Origin: Opitutaceae bacterium
Lineage (GTDB): Bacteria; Verrucomicrobiota; Verrucomicrobiia; Opitutales; Coraliomargaritaceae
Assembly (NCBI GenBank): GCA_051252375.1
Contig: JBPOFY010000001.1
Location: forward strand, 544,001-608,000
Direction: 5' to 3'
DNA length: 64,000 bases
Shown: positions 31,615 through 41,358 of the stretch, in pieces
Layout: each line of letters begins with the position of its first letter
How positions within the stretch are numbered: position 1 is the stretch's first letter
Notes under the pieces: generated by a model
What the model saw: the letters and a program-made list of their open reading frames with translations, nothing else
What the model was told of the DNA's origin: nothing
Database searches by the model: none
Made by a program: the position numbers and the translations under genes

Positions 31615-31631
31615 AGCAATAGTTGTGCCAA
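31615..31631 (-). promoter_or_regulatory. Sigma-54 (-24/-12) promoter
   Basis: TTGGCACAACTATTGCT is a perfect TGGCAC-N5-TTGC match directly upstream of the ATP-grasp gene. Confidence 0.8.
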
Positions 31632-31736
31632 GTAATGGCGGGCATAGGCCTTGGTCCTTGGGCTTTTGTAAGGGCGCATCTTATGACGCGGGTAGTAACT
31701 TGCGTAGATGATAGTGTTTCTACGGGCTATGCGACT

Positions 31737-32540
31737 TTATTCGTAGTTCGGTGGACCATCCATTCGGTTGACGGAAATTTCCATCGACTGGAGTTCTACT
31801 GGTATGCCGAATTGGGTATAGATGGCGACGTCTGCTGCGTCGCGACCGTAAGCGACGGCGATACGACCACCTTCTGCATGGTCTTGCGTCGGGTCGAAGG
31901 TATACCAGCGGTCACCAACATAGGCTTCGAACCATGCGTGTAAGTCCATCGGCTCGAGGCCTTCGAGATAGCCGACGACCATGCGGGCGGGTATCGACAA
32001 TGCGCGGCAACAGGCGATGCCGATGTGTGCCATGTCGCGGCAGACTGCGTGCGTGCGTTGGTTGGCTTCGCAGGCGCTAATGATGTCGTTGCCGAGCCCG
32101 GGAGCATAGACGGTCGTGCTACGGATGTAGTTTACGATGGCGGTGCATTGATCGTAGCCCGGTGTTTCTTTTGCGGTGATCGATGTGGCTAAGTCTGTGA
32201 AGCGGTCAGACTCGCAAAATCGGCTGGGGTGCAGGAAGGGAATTGTTTCGTTGGGCAGGCACTGCACCTCGATGAACGGCGCTCCGGGCGAGGTATCAAA
32301 GCCATCGGCTGCTTCAACGTCGACGGCGGTGCGGATCGAAAAAGGTCCTGCAGGTGCGACGATGCGTTGACAGAGGTTGCCGTAGGTATCGGTGAACTCG
32401 ACTACCGGAACGCTGGGCGAGAGCACATATTGTTCGCGCCCGATCCATTGCTGCCAGCCGCTGCGTGGGCGAAGCATGAGAATGAAAGGTGTTTCTTCCG
32501 GTATATGGAATTCAAGAGAGCAAGTTGCGTGCAGCCACAT
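31737..32540 (-). CDS. Transglutaminase family protein
   Basis: Cys-His-Asp triad: VCRDMAH, HAWFE, FDPT; also GRDAAD. Confidence 0.9.
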   Translation of the reverse strand: MWLHATCSLEFHIPEETPFILMLRPRSGWQQWIGREQYVLSPSVPVVEFTDTYGNLCQRIVAPAGPFSIRTAVDVEAADGFDTSPGAPFIEVQCLPNETIPFLHPSRFCESDRFTDLATSITAKETPGYDQCTAIVNYIRSTTVYAPGLGNDIISACEANQRTHAVCRDMAHIGIACCRALSIPARMVVGYLEGLEPMDLHAWFEAYVGDRWYTFDPTQDHAEGGRIAVAYGRDAADVAIYTQFGIPVELQSMEISVNRMDGPPNYE

Positions 32541-32612
32541 AGTAGGTAAGCGTTAAAAAGTGCGGTGTTACGGCGGTGAAGCTGTGTATGGGGGGGATGA
32601 AGCATTTTAACC

Positions 32613-32629
32613 AGCCATAATTATACCAA
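32613..32629 (-). promoter_or_regulatory. Possible sigma-54 promoter for the 31737-32540 gene
   Basis: TTGGTATAATTATGGCT has correct GG-N10-GC spacing but is degenerate. Confidence 0.4.
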
Positions 32630-32751
32630 ACTGGCTACTTCTACGATTCGGCACAATTATCATAAATTATGGTTGCCTTCATGGTGCGATATTCGGATTT
32701 CAAAAGAATAGCTTTGAGTGCCTCCGCACAGAGGCACATGCATTCCTACTA

Positions 32752-35316
32752 ATGTCCACCGGCGCCAGTGATTCTTCAGCCCAGTATTTCCGTGATTATA
32801 CCGGCGGTGCGGGCGACGCTGTCTTTATGGGCCGCGGGGTGCCAACTCCTGATTACGCGCCCATTGTAGAAGTTTTGGAGGGCTGTTCGCGTAGCAATCT
32901 CAATTTGCGGCAGAAGCGACTCGATCGAGCGGTGGATGAGCTTGGTTTGCATTTTTCAGATGCAGGGCATGGTGCTTCGCAGATGAATCCTTGGCGCTTG
33001 GATTTGTTTCCGATGGTCATTCCCGCCGAAGCATGGAAGCGAATTGCTGCGGGAGTTGTGCAGCGCGCACTGGCGTTTAATGCCTATGCGGCTGACCTGC
33101 ATGGACCACAGCAGATTTTGCGCGAACGCGTGATTCCTTATGAACTGGCTTTAAGAGACCCCGCACTGTTACGTCAGCTGAGTGGCATTGAAGTGCCAAA
33201 GGGTGAGTATTCGCAGTTCGGTGCGTTCGACCTTATCGATGCGGGCGGCGGTAATTGGCAAGTCTGTGAACATCATATGGGCACGCCCTTTGGCATCTCG
33301 CATGTGTTGCAAAATCGCCGTGTGCTGTCGGAGGTTTTTCCGGAATTGTATGAACGGGCAGATGTTGCGCCGGTTGCTGGGTTTAGCACTTATCTACTTG
33401 AAATGCTGCGTGCGCAGTCGCCACGTAAGAATCCGCATGTGCTTTTGTTGACCAGTGGGAAACCCGGGCAGGCTTATTTCGAAGAGGCTTTTATTGCACG
33501 GCACATGGGTATTTCGATCGCGCAGCCGCGTGATTTGTTGGTGCGTGAGAGTCGTGTGTTCTTAAAGACGATTCGCGGGCTCGAGCGCGTGGACGTGATT
33601 TACCGACGCGTCGAGAGTTCTGCTTTAGATCCGATTGCCGTGCCGAATCGATGGGCGAGTGGCGTGCCGGGTCTGATCAACGTGGTGCGCAAAGGGAATG
33701 TCGCCGTGGTGAATGCACCGGGCGCAGGTGTGGCGGATAACTGCGCGTTGCTGCGCTATTCAGATCGTATCATTAATTACTACTTACACGAGCAGTCGAT
33801 TCTCAAGTCGGTCCCTACCTTCCACTTGGGGGATTATGACCAACGCGCTTATGTAAAAGATCATATGGATGATCTCGTCTTGAAACCTATCCAAGACCAT
33901 GATCGCTTGTGGCAAATCTGCGGTGGTAAGCGTCCGCAGGGTGCATCGTCTTCGATAGAGCGCTTGGCAGATAAGTATCCTGATTATTTTGTCGGGCAGC
34001 AACTTCCCGAGGCGGCAAAAATTCCGTATTTCAAGGGAGGAGAGTTCACGCCGCGTGGTATGCAGTTGCGCGTCTATTACATTTTGGGTGCCGAGCCAAT
34101 CGTATTGCCTGGAGGGATGGCTCGCCAGAGTGGGTCGATGCATCGCACGCGTCGTTTATCGATTGCGTCAGATGGCTTGAAAGACGTCTGGGTTGCCGAC
34201 GATTTAGTGGAAGAGTCCGAGCCTAAGCGCCGTCCGGTCGCCGCTGGTTCACGGTCTTCAATTGGTAGTCGTGTGGCAGAGTCGCTGTATTGGGCGGGGC
34301 GCTATCTCGAACGTGCGGAGAATACGGCGCGGCAGTTTAATACTTTAGAGAAGCTGCGCTGGGATCAATTAGCGCATAGCGAACAACATACTTATTGGCC
34401 GCTTTTGCAGGCAGTGGCAGCGGCAACGGGACAGACGGCGGTGGCTAAACTGAAAAAGCCGCCGAGGGATACTTCGAAACTGTCGCGTAGTTTATTGCTT
34501 GATATTAACGAAGGGGCTTCGGTGCGCGCGTGTATCGGTTACGCGCGAAATGTTATAGAGAATGTGCGTGAAGTGATCAGCCCTGAATGCTGGGAAGTGC
34601 TGGAGGAAATGGTGCTCGATATGCGCCAAGAGTCGAAGCAAAGCGTGACACGTGCTCGCTTGCGGCAAATTAGTGAGAAAGTGGTGAGCGAGGTGGCGCG
34701 CTTCAATGGCACCGCAGAGCGCACCTTATCACACGACGATAGCTGGCAGTTTTATCGCATTGGCATTTTCTTTGAGCGCGCTTTGGGAGCTTTGTCCCTT
34801 CTGGAAGTTGCCTTGCCGCGTATTGTTGAGACGTATCGGGCGAAGGATGAAGAGAGTGCGGATTTGACTGCGCTGCTTCGCTTGCTCGGCTCGTTGGATG
34901 CGTATCGGCGTGAGTTTCGTTCCCGTGCCTACGTCGACCGCGTGTCGCGTTTGATTATTCTCGGCAAGAGCAATCCGAGCTCAGTCACTTTTAGTCTGCA
35001 GAATTTGCATTACGCAGTCGGGACACTTTCCATTAGCGGCAATCGAGCTTTAGGTAGCGATATTCAAACGTCGATCTCCGCTGTGTTGGCAGGGCTCGAT
35101 GACTTTTCCATAACAAAAGGAGAGGGCATGGATGGACAGTTGCTCGCAACTGGCGAGATGGCTGATGCGGCACTGGAGATTTCACCAAAGTTAATTGCGC
35201 AGGAACTGACCACGATGACGAAGCAGGTCGAAGGGCTCCATAAGCAGATCGAGGATGTATTCTTCAGCCATCAAGACATGTTTGCTCGTGATCCCGCACT
35301 TTTTGATATGAACTGA
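32752..35316 (+). CDS. CP-ATP-grasp (divergent) fused to alpha-E domain
   Basis: PWRLDLFP, DVIYRRV, NAPGAGV, KDVWV, then SRVAESLYWAGRYLERAENTAR. Confidence 0.9.
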   Translation: MSTGASDSSAQYFRDYTGGAGDAVFMGRGVPTPDYAPIVEVLEGCSRSNLNLRQKRLDRAVDELGLHFSDAGHGASQMNPWRLDLFPMVIPAEAWKRIAAGVVQRALAFNAYAADLHGPQQILRERVIPYELALRDPALLRQLSGIEVPKGEYSQFGAFDLIDAGGGNWQVCEHHMGTPFGISHVLQNRRVLSEVFPELYERADVAPVAGFSTYLLEMLRAQSPRKNPHVLLLTSGKPGQAYFEEAFIARHMGISIAQPRDLLVRESRVFLKTIRGLERVDVIYRRVESSALDPIAVPNRWASGVPGLINVVRKGNVAVVNAPGAGVADNCALLRYSDRIINYYLHEQSILKSVPTFHLGDYDQRAYVKDHMDDLVLKPIQDHDRLWQICGGKRPQGASSSIERLADKYPDYFVGQQLPEAAKIPYFKGGEFTPRGMQLRVYYILGAEPIVLPGGMARQSGSMHRTRRLSIASDGLKDVWVADDLVEESEPKRRPVAAGSRSSIGSRVAESLYWAGRYLERAENTARQFNTLEKLRWDQLAHSEQHTYWPLLQAVAAATGQTAVAKLKKPPRDTSKLSRSLLLDINEGASVRACIGYARNVIENVREVISPECWEVLEEMVLDMRQESKQSVTRARLRQISEKVVSEVARFNGTAERTLSHDDSWQFYRIGIFFERALGALSLLEVALPRIVETYRAKDEESADLTALLRLLGSLDAYRREFRSRAYVDRVSRLIILGKSNPSSVTFSLQNLHYAVGTLSISGNRALGSDIQTSISAVLAGLDDFSITKGEGMDGQLLATGEMADAALEISPKLIAQELTTMTKQVEGLHKQIEDVFFSHQDMFARDPALFDMN

Positions 35317-35334
35317 TTTAAACAACTTCCAAAG

Positions 35335-35351
35335 TTGGCTTCATCGCTGCT
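35335..35351 (+). promoter_or_regulatory. Probable sigma-54 promoter
   Basis: TTGGCTTCATCGCTGCT (GG-N10-GC) about 70 nt upstream of ATG 35424. Confidence 0.55.
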
Positions 35352-35423
35352 TTAAATAAAGAACACTTTTCTCTTCACGGCGCTGATTATATTGAGCGTC
35401 GCTTAGTCTTAGCTCCCTCCGAT

Positions 35424-36302
35424 ATGCGCTTTCGCGTTTCTCACACGACAGAATACAAATACCTACAGCCTGCATCCGATTCGTTTGCGGAGCTGCGGGT
35501 GTGGCCACAATCCAATGACTCTCAGAAAGTCCTAGAGCGTCGTTTGGTTCTAAAGCCGAGTGTTGCGGTGGACCATTATGTCGATTACTTTGGTAATAAC
35601 GTGGAGTTCTTTTCGATACCGTATCGGCATAATTCAGTGACTGTTACCTCGATTGCTGAGGTAGAGACGACAGTTGTGAAACCACCTGAGTCGGTGCTCG
35701 AAATTTCACTCGGCGAGGCGCGCCAGATTTATAACAGCGGGCGCTATCAGCATTTCGATTTTTTACAGCCGAGCGGCTTGGTGCCCTTGGATCAACATAA
35801 GCGTATCCGAAAACGTTTCTTTAAAGAGGCCGATGAGTTGGGCGCTGCTTTACTCGGTTTGAATAATTGGATATTTAAGAGCTTTGAATACAAATCTGGG
35901 GTCACAAATATCAACACTCCGATTTCTGAAGTCGTTGCGACGCGTCGTGGAGTGTGTCAGGATTTCGCGCACCTGATGCTCGCGATCTTACGTAGCAACG
36001 GGATTCCCGCGCGTTATGTGAGTGGTTATATCGAGGCCTTCGATCCCGAGCTGGTTGATGCTGAGATGATTGGTGCTGCGGCAAGCCACGCATGGATCGA
36101 AGTGTATCTACCAGGTGGCACGTGGTGGGGACTGGATCCTACCAATAATCAAACTGCTGGGGAACGCCACGTGGTGGTTGCCGTCGGTCGTGATTATAAC
36201 GATGTCGCGCCGATGCGAGGCACTTATAAAGGTGCTAACGACCAAAAGCTAAATGTCATGGTTTCACTAGAACGAAAAAAGGAGTCCGTCTCCACAATAT
36301 GA
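35424..36302 (+). CDS. Transglutaminase family protein (Bact_transglu_N + core)
   Basis: HTTEYKY, DYFGN, GVCQDFAH, ARYVSGY, SHAWIE, LDPTN, GRDYNDVAP. Confidence 0.92.
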   Translation: MRFRVSHTTEYKYLQPASDSFAELRVWPQSNDSQKVLERRLVLKPSVAVDHYVDYFGNNVEFFSIPYRHNSVTVTSIAEVETTVVKPPESVLEISLGEARQIYNSGRYQHFDFLQPSGLVPLDQHKRIRKRFFKEADELGAALLGLNNWIFKSFEYKSGVTNINTPISEVVATRRGVCQDFAHLMLAILRSNGIPARYVSGYIEAFDPELVDAEMIGAAASHAWIEVYLPGGTWWGLDPTNNQTAGERHVVVAVGRDYNDVAPMRGTYKGANDQKLNVMVSLERKKESVSTI

Positions 36303-37192
36303 AAATTGCGATTACCCATCTAACTCGTCACGAGTATCAAGCCCCCGTCAGCTTTAGCCCACACGCATTGTTTTTGCGTCCGCTGGATAGCCATTTGCGC
36401 CACGTGAGTGAGTTTCAAGTGGAGACCGTTCCTGCTTCAACGCAACGCTGGGTGCGTGATGCGTATGGCAATGTCGTGTTGGTCTGTAGTTTTGGGCTGA
36501 CCGAATCGACGGTGCTAGAGTTTCGCACGCGCATAGAAGTCACTCTAACGGACGACAACCCCTTCGATTTTATTTTAGACGCGCACGCCACGAGCTATCC
36601 GTTTCAGTATCGTGAGCCAGAGCTTAAGGCGTTGCTGCCTTTTGTTGGGAGTAGTGGGCGCACGCCTGGCGCTGTTCGCGTAATTGATTGGGTGCATGGT
36701 CCAGTAGGTGCGCCTAAGTCGCATTCTGATGTGGTGCAGTTTTTGTCCGACATAAATGGAGCGGTGCGGCGAGAGATCGCCTATGTGCGGCGAGATGAAG
36801 AAGGTATTCAAACTCCGGATACAACATTAGAACTGAAAACTGGCTCGTGTCGCGATATGGCGGTTTTATTTGTTTCAGCAGTTCGTAAGCTTGGCTTTGC
36901 CGCGCGCTTTGTGAGTGGCTATTTATTCGACCCCGAAGTCGGTGACGGCGAGCACGCGTTTAATCGAGCGGTGGGGTCGATGCATGCCTGGGCCGAAGTG
37001 TATTTGCCCGGAGCAGGCTGGAAAGGCTTTGACCCGACCAATGGTATTTTAGCGAATAGCCATTTTGTGCCGTCTGCTGTTTCGCACGAACCTTCCAGTG
37101 TCGACCCGATACAAGGAAAATATTTTTCAAAAGAACCCACTTCATCGACTATGGAAGTCGAGTTAGTCATCGAGGAAATCAGTAATGTCTAA
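36299..37192 (+). CDS. Transglutaminase family protein
   Basis: DAYGN, GIQTP, GSCRDMA, ARFVSGYL, HAWAEVYLPGAGWKGFDPT. Confidence 0.92.
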   Translation: MKIAITHLTRHEYQAPVSFSPHALFLRPLDSHLRHVSEFQVETVPASTQRWVRDAYGNVVLVCSFGLTESTVLEFRTRIEVTLTDDNPFDFILDAHATSYPFQYREPELKALLPFVGSSGRTPGAVRVIDWVHGPVGAPKSHSDVVQFLSDINGAVRREIAYVRRDEEGIQTPDTTLELKTGSCRDMAVLFVSAVRKLGFAARFVSGYLFDPEVGDGEHAFNRAVGSMHAWAEVYLPGAGWKGFDPTNGILANSHFVPSAVSHEPSSVDPIQGKYFSKEPTSSTMEVELVIEEISNV

Positions 37193-39305
37193 AAATAGAG
37201 CCGCTATCTTAAAATGCGCCGAGAGCGTTGAAGCCTACTTACAATCTGAAGACATCGCGTTGACGATGGGCGGTGAGCCGACCTTTATCGTGCCAAACCC
37301 GGATACGCCCGAGTGGAACACCGCCGCAATGGGGCCAGAGAAACTGGGCTACGCGCGTCGTATGACTGCAGAGCTGATTCAAGAAGTGTATCCGCAAGCG
37401 CTCGCCATGCAGGTCTTTGGTAAATGGTATCCTGGTGAGCCATTGCCGCGCTGGAATTTCATGACGCTGCATCACACGCAGACGCCGATCTGGCCAGAGA
37501 CGGAGCGTTTGCTGTTTGACGATGTCGTCGGCTCGAACACGGAGAAGACCGCGGAAGTTGTGATGAAGGCCGTTGCTAAAAATCTGGAAGTGAGCGCCTC
37601 GATTTTGGCTGCCTATGACGGCGAAGGGAAATCGAAGCAAGTCGCTGGATGGGTGCTGCCACTAGATTATGAAGATGGCGAATGGGTCTGCGCGTCGTGG
37701 CCATTTTCAAAGAAAAAACCGATTAAGATTTTTGATGGTGATAGCCCAGTAGGCTTGCGTTTGCCATTAGATGATTTGCCGGAAGATTGTTGCCGTAAGG
37801 CGCTCACCATCGAAGTGCGTAAGGGTGCGATTGAAATTTTCATCCCGCCGTTGGACTGGGACGGCTTCCGCGCGTTAATTGATTTCTTGCGTGGTATTGT
37901 GGTCGAGTTGGATATTAAAGACATTCTATTTTGTGGCTACGCGCCGACCAAGACGGACGATGATTTGATTACACTCGGCCTGGCTGCAGACCCTGGTGTT
38001 TTAGAAGTCAACGTGCCGCCTTCAGATACTTGGGAAGACTACGATCGTATTCTCGAGCAATGTGCCTCTGCTGCGGCGAAGGTCGGCTTGCAGTTAACCA
38101 AGTTTCAGCTCAATGGTGTCATTTATGGAACTGGTGGCGGCTCGCACCTTGCCTTTGGTGGACGAGATGAAGAAAGCAATCCGTTTATGTTAGAGCCTAA
38201 GCGCATCGCGTCCTTGTTGCGGTATTGGCAGCATCACCCGGCACTTTCGTATTTGTTTACTGGGCAACATGTCGGGCCCGGTAGTCAGGCGCCGCGTGTG
38301 GATGAAGGTCCGCGCCATGGCCTCTACGAGTTGGAAGTCGCGTGTGAAGGCCTAGAGAAAATGAAGGGCCTTGTGGATGGTCCATTGATCGATCAATTCT
38401 TTAAAAATCTACTGACAGACTCTTCGGGCAATACACACCGAGCCGAGTTGTGCTTTGATAAATTTCATAACCTTTCGGCCCCGAACGGTTGTCTCGGGAT
38501 TGTTGAATTTCGCGCGTTCGAAACCTTTCCCGATCCAAAGACGATGTCGGCCATCGCGCTCTTTGTGCGCACCATATTGGCACGCTTGTTTAAAGCACCC
38601 TTCAAGAAAGAACTGAAGCGCTTCGGCCCGGATTTACATGACCGCTACTTTCTGCCCGCTTTCCTGTGGGAAGATGTGCAGGTGATTTGCGCGGATTTAA
38701 AAGAGCATGGTTTTGATTTCGACCCCGAGTGGTTGCGTCCCGTTCTGGATTTTCGTTGTCCGACTGTAGGCACTTTGGAAGTGGCAGGGGGCAGTGTCGA
38801 TATACGGCAGGCCTTCGAGTCCTGGCCATTGATGGCAGAAGAAAGTCAAGGTGCGGCGACTGTGCGCGTGGTGGACAATTCCAGTGACCGTTTGCAGCTC
38901 ACACTTTCGGATTCCAGCTTGTTGAAGAATGGCAAGCTGCTCGCGAACGGGGTGGAGGTGCCTTTCGAAGAAGTCGATGGATTTATGATTTGCGGTCTTC
39001 GCTATAAGAGCGCGAGCGCGTATCCAGCGCTGCATCCACATGTGCCGATTCAATCACCACTCTGGTTCGAGTGGGTCGCTGCTGAAAGCGGCGAGACCAC
39101 ACATGCCGGACGATACTTTTATTGGAACCCAAACGCTACGATCTACGAAGGTCGCCCGCAAACCATCGAGGAAGCAAAGCAACGCCGTGAAGAGCGGAGT
39201 CAATCAGCCGATGATTTGATTGGAAGCAAACCTGCCGCGATAAAGCCGAAGCTTGCACCCGAATATAAGCACACCCTCGATCTGCGCCGACAGTTGGTTG
39301 TGTGA
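37185..39305 (+). CDS. DUF2126 putative amidoligase (COOH-NH2 ligase fold)
   Basis: LTMGGEPTF, GKWYPGEPLPRW, DPGVLEVN, TGGGSH, QAPRVDE, GNTHRAE, VEFRAFE. Confidence 0.88.
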   Translation: MSKNRAAILKCAESVEAYLQSEDIALTMGGEPTFIVPNPDTPEWNTAAMGPEKLGYARRMTAELIQEVYPQALAMQVFGKWYPGEPLPRWNFMTLHHTQTPIWPETERLLFDDVVGSNTEKTAEVVMKAVAKNLEVSASILAAYDGEGKSKQVAGWVLPLDYEDGEWVCASWPFSKKKPIKIFDGDSPVGLRLPLDDLPEDCCRKALTIEVRKGAIEIFIPPLDWDGFRALIDFLRGIVVELDIKDILFCGYAPTKTDDDLITLGLAADPGVLEVNVPPSDTWEDYDRILEQCASAAAKVGLQLTKFQLNGVIYGTGGGSHLAFGGRDEESNPFMLEPKRIASLLRYWQHHPALSYLFTGQHVGPGSQAPRVDEGPRHGLYELEVACEGLEKMKGLVDGPLIDQFFKNLLTDSSGNTHRAELCFDKFHNLSAPNGCLGIVEFRAFETFPDPKTMSAIALFVRTILARLFKAPFKKELKRFGPDLHDRYFLPAFLWEDVQVICADLKEHGFDFDPEWLRPVLDFRCPTVGTLEVAGGSVDIRQAFESWPLMAEESQGAATVRVVDNSSDRLQLTLSDSSLLKNGKLLANGVEVPFEEVDGFMICGLRYKSASAYPALHPHVPIQSPLWFEWVAAESGETTHAGRYFYWNPNATIYEGRPQTIEEAKQRREERSQSADDLIGSKPAAIKPKLAPEYKHTLDLRRQLVV

Positions 39306-39358
39306 GTTGTCTTCGAAAGCGTTAGCTCACCTTGAAGCGTTAGAGACGTAGCGCGGAT

Positions 39359-39961
39359 CTACATTTTCCCCTTAGTATACGCAATTAGCTGTTTGGCGAT
39401 GGGGATGCGGCGATAGACGATGTCCGTCGGATCCCAGTAGTCTTGGTGGAAAATGACTTTGCCTTCACTATTGTAGCGTATGTGCGACATTCCGATTGAT
39501 TCTTCCCAGGTGTTTGCTGGCGTGCTCTTGAAATCCACGCGCATAGTCCAGTCGATGTAGAACTCTCCGCCGCTGCGGATGACTCGGTTGAAGACGAATT
39601 CTGCGGCGGCGAGTGGCTCTAGTCCGTGTAATAGGTAGTCGCGCATATCCTCGGGGTTGTCAAATTGTCGAAAGGCATCGCGGAAATATACCTTCTCGGC
39701 GTAGACTTCAGTGACTTTGTTCTCTAAATTCTCGTAGGTGTAGTTCGTGAATAGTGCTTCAATGCCTGAGAGCATTCCAGCTTCTTCAGGGGTGTCTGGC
39801 AGTGGTAACTCATAGCCTGAGGGATCCGTGCTTTCAAGGGCTGCTTTGTAGGTGGCGTCTGGGATGGTTTGTGTGTGCATGTCTGTGGGCAAATTCGTGA
39901 GGGCAATCAGTGTAAGCAGTGAGCTGAGGATGATAAGGATGGAAAGTGTGCGTAGGCTCAT
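39359..39961 (-). CDS. NTF2/SnoaL-like protein with N-terminal hydrophobic segment
   Basis: YAEKVYFRDAF, GMSHI, GKVIFHQDYWD. Start ATG 39961. Confidence 0.85.
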   Translation of the reverse strand: MSLRTLSILIILSSLLTLIALTNLPTDMHTQTIPDATYKAALESTDPSGYELPLPDTPEEAGMLSGIEALFTNYTYENLENKVTEVYAEKVYFRDAFRQFDNPEDMRDYLLHGLEPLAAAEFVFNRVIRSGGEFYIDWTMRVDFKSTPANTWEESIGMSHIRYNSEGKVIFHQDYWDPTDIVYRRIPIAKQLIAYTKGKM

Positions 39962-39971
39962 TATGTTGATA

Positions 39972-39998
39972 GAACGTGGAATCACTCGAAACATTACA
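39972..39998 (-). promoter_or_regulatory. Putative ECF-sigma promoter TGTAAT-N16-CGTTC
   Basis: Same motif and 16-nt spacer as three other sites. Ends 10 nt before the ATG. Confidence 0.7.
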
Positions 39999-40013
39999 AA
40001 TTATACCTTTGAT

Positions 40014-40040
40014 TGTAAGTATTTGAAGCCTGGTGCGTTG
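40014..40040 (+). promoter_or_regulatory. Putative ECF-sigma promoter TGTAAG-N16-CGTTG
   Basis: Upstream of ATG 40060. Confidence 0.72.
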
Positions 40041-40059
40041 ATTCAACTGAACTTAGAAT

Positions 40060-41358
40060 ATGCCAGTAACAGTTACACCTCTCACTTCAATTAATAAACC
40101 ACTTAAGATCGCCGTTGTCGGTTGCGGTGTTGCTGGGCTGACCGCGGCATGGCTGCTCAGTCGGAAGCATGAGGTGCACCTCTTTGAGAAGAACGATTAC
40201 GCTGGGGGACATACCCGCACCTTGAGGATTACTGATGGCCCGGACGAGGGCACCGCGGTGGATACCGGATTTATTGTGATGAATCATCGCAACTACCCAC
40301 ACTTCACCGAGGTGCTCAAGCAACTCGGGGTGGAGCTCTCGGACAGTTCGATGACTTTCAGCTATTACGACCGAGTGAGTGATTACGGCTATTCAGGCAA
40401 TACGCTGGGTTCGTTGTTTCCGAAGCCGAGCTATTTCTTTAACCGACAGCACCTGAGCCTAATTAAGGATCTATGGCGTTTTGCGCGTGTCGGCTATCGC
40501 GATTTGAACTCAGGATACCTAGAGAGTAAAACGCTCGGCGAGTATTGCAGTGAGCGGCGGTTCAGTGGCGCCTTTCTTAATAACTATCTCTATCCCATGG
40601 GAGCAGCTATTTGGTCGTCGCCTGTTTCCCAGATGGCGGCATTCCCTGCGCAGCCATATCTGCACTTCCTCGAGAACCATGGTTTACTGCGTTTGACGAA
40701 CCGGCCGCAGTGGAAATATGTGGCTGGAGGCAGTCGCACCTATGTTGAAGCGATGCTGCAGCAATTCGAGCGTCCTCCGCAGCTATCACGGCCACCCCAG
40801 TGCATCCGTCGGACAGACTCCGGTGTCGTGCTTGAGATGGCGGATGGTGAGGCACTGAGCTTTGATCATGTTGTTATTGGCGCGCACGCGGACGAGGCGC
40901 TTAAATTATTGGCTGATCCTAGTGCATCCGAGCAGGAGCGTTTGGAGCCATGGCGCTATCAGCCAAACACAGTGGTGTTGCACACAAGTCACACACATCT
41001 GCCACCTGACCGTAAACAGTGGTCGTCTTGGAATTTTATCAGCGAGTCATCGCATGATGCGACACAGCCAGTGTCGGTCAGTTACTATATGAATCGCCTG
41101 CAAAACCTAAAAACCCGGCGAGATTATGTAGTTAGCTTGAACGCGATCGAATCGATTCCAGATTCACGAGTGATCAATAGCACGACGCTGACACACCCGC
41201 TCTATTCGTTTGAAAGTATGGCAACACAGCCTAAATTAGAGGCGATGAATGGCGAAAGAAACACTTGGTTCTGCGGCAGCTATTTCGGCTATGGTTTCCA
41301 TGAAGATGCAGTGCGCTCGGCGGTGCAGGTAGCGAAGGGGTTTGGTGTCGAATTGTGA
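40060..41358 (+). CDS. FAD-dependent oxidoreductase (COG2907, UfaD-like)
   Basis: GCGVAG, GGHT, VDTGFIV...NYP, AAIWS, GYGFHED. Confidence 0.88.
   Translation: MPVTVTPLTSINKPLKIAVVGCGVAGLTAAWLLSRKHEVHLFEKNDYAGGHTRTLRITDGPDEGTAVDTGFIVMNHRNYPHFTEVLKQLGVELSDSSMTFSYYDRVSDYGYSGNTLGSLFPKPSYFFNRQHLSLIKDLWRFARVGYRDLNSGYLESKTLGEYCSERRFSGAFLNNYLYPMGAAIWSSPVSQMAAFPAQPYLHFLENHGLLRLTNRPQWKYVAGGSRTYVEAMLQQFERPPQLSRPPQCIRRTDSGVVLEMADGEALSFDHVVIGAHADEALKLLADPSASEQERLEPWRYQPNTVVLHTSHTHLPPDRKQWSSWNFISESSHDATQPVSVSYYMNRLQNLKTRRDYVVSLNAIESIPDSRVINSTTLTHPLYSFESMATQPKLEAMNGERNTWFCGSYFGYGFHEDAVRSAVQVAKGFGVEL

Noticed and set aside
32660..32690. NtrC binding site in the divergent region
   Set aside because: Only a half-site (TGGTGC) matches, which is too weak to call.
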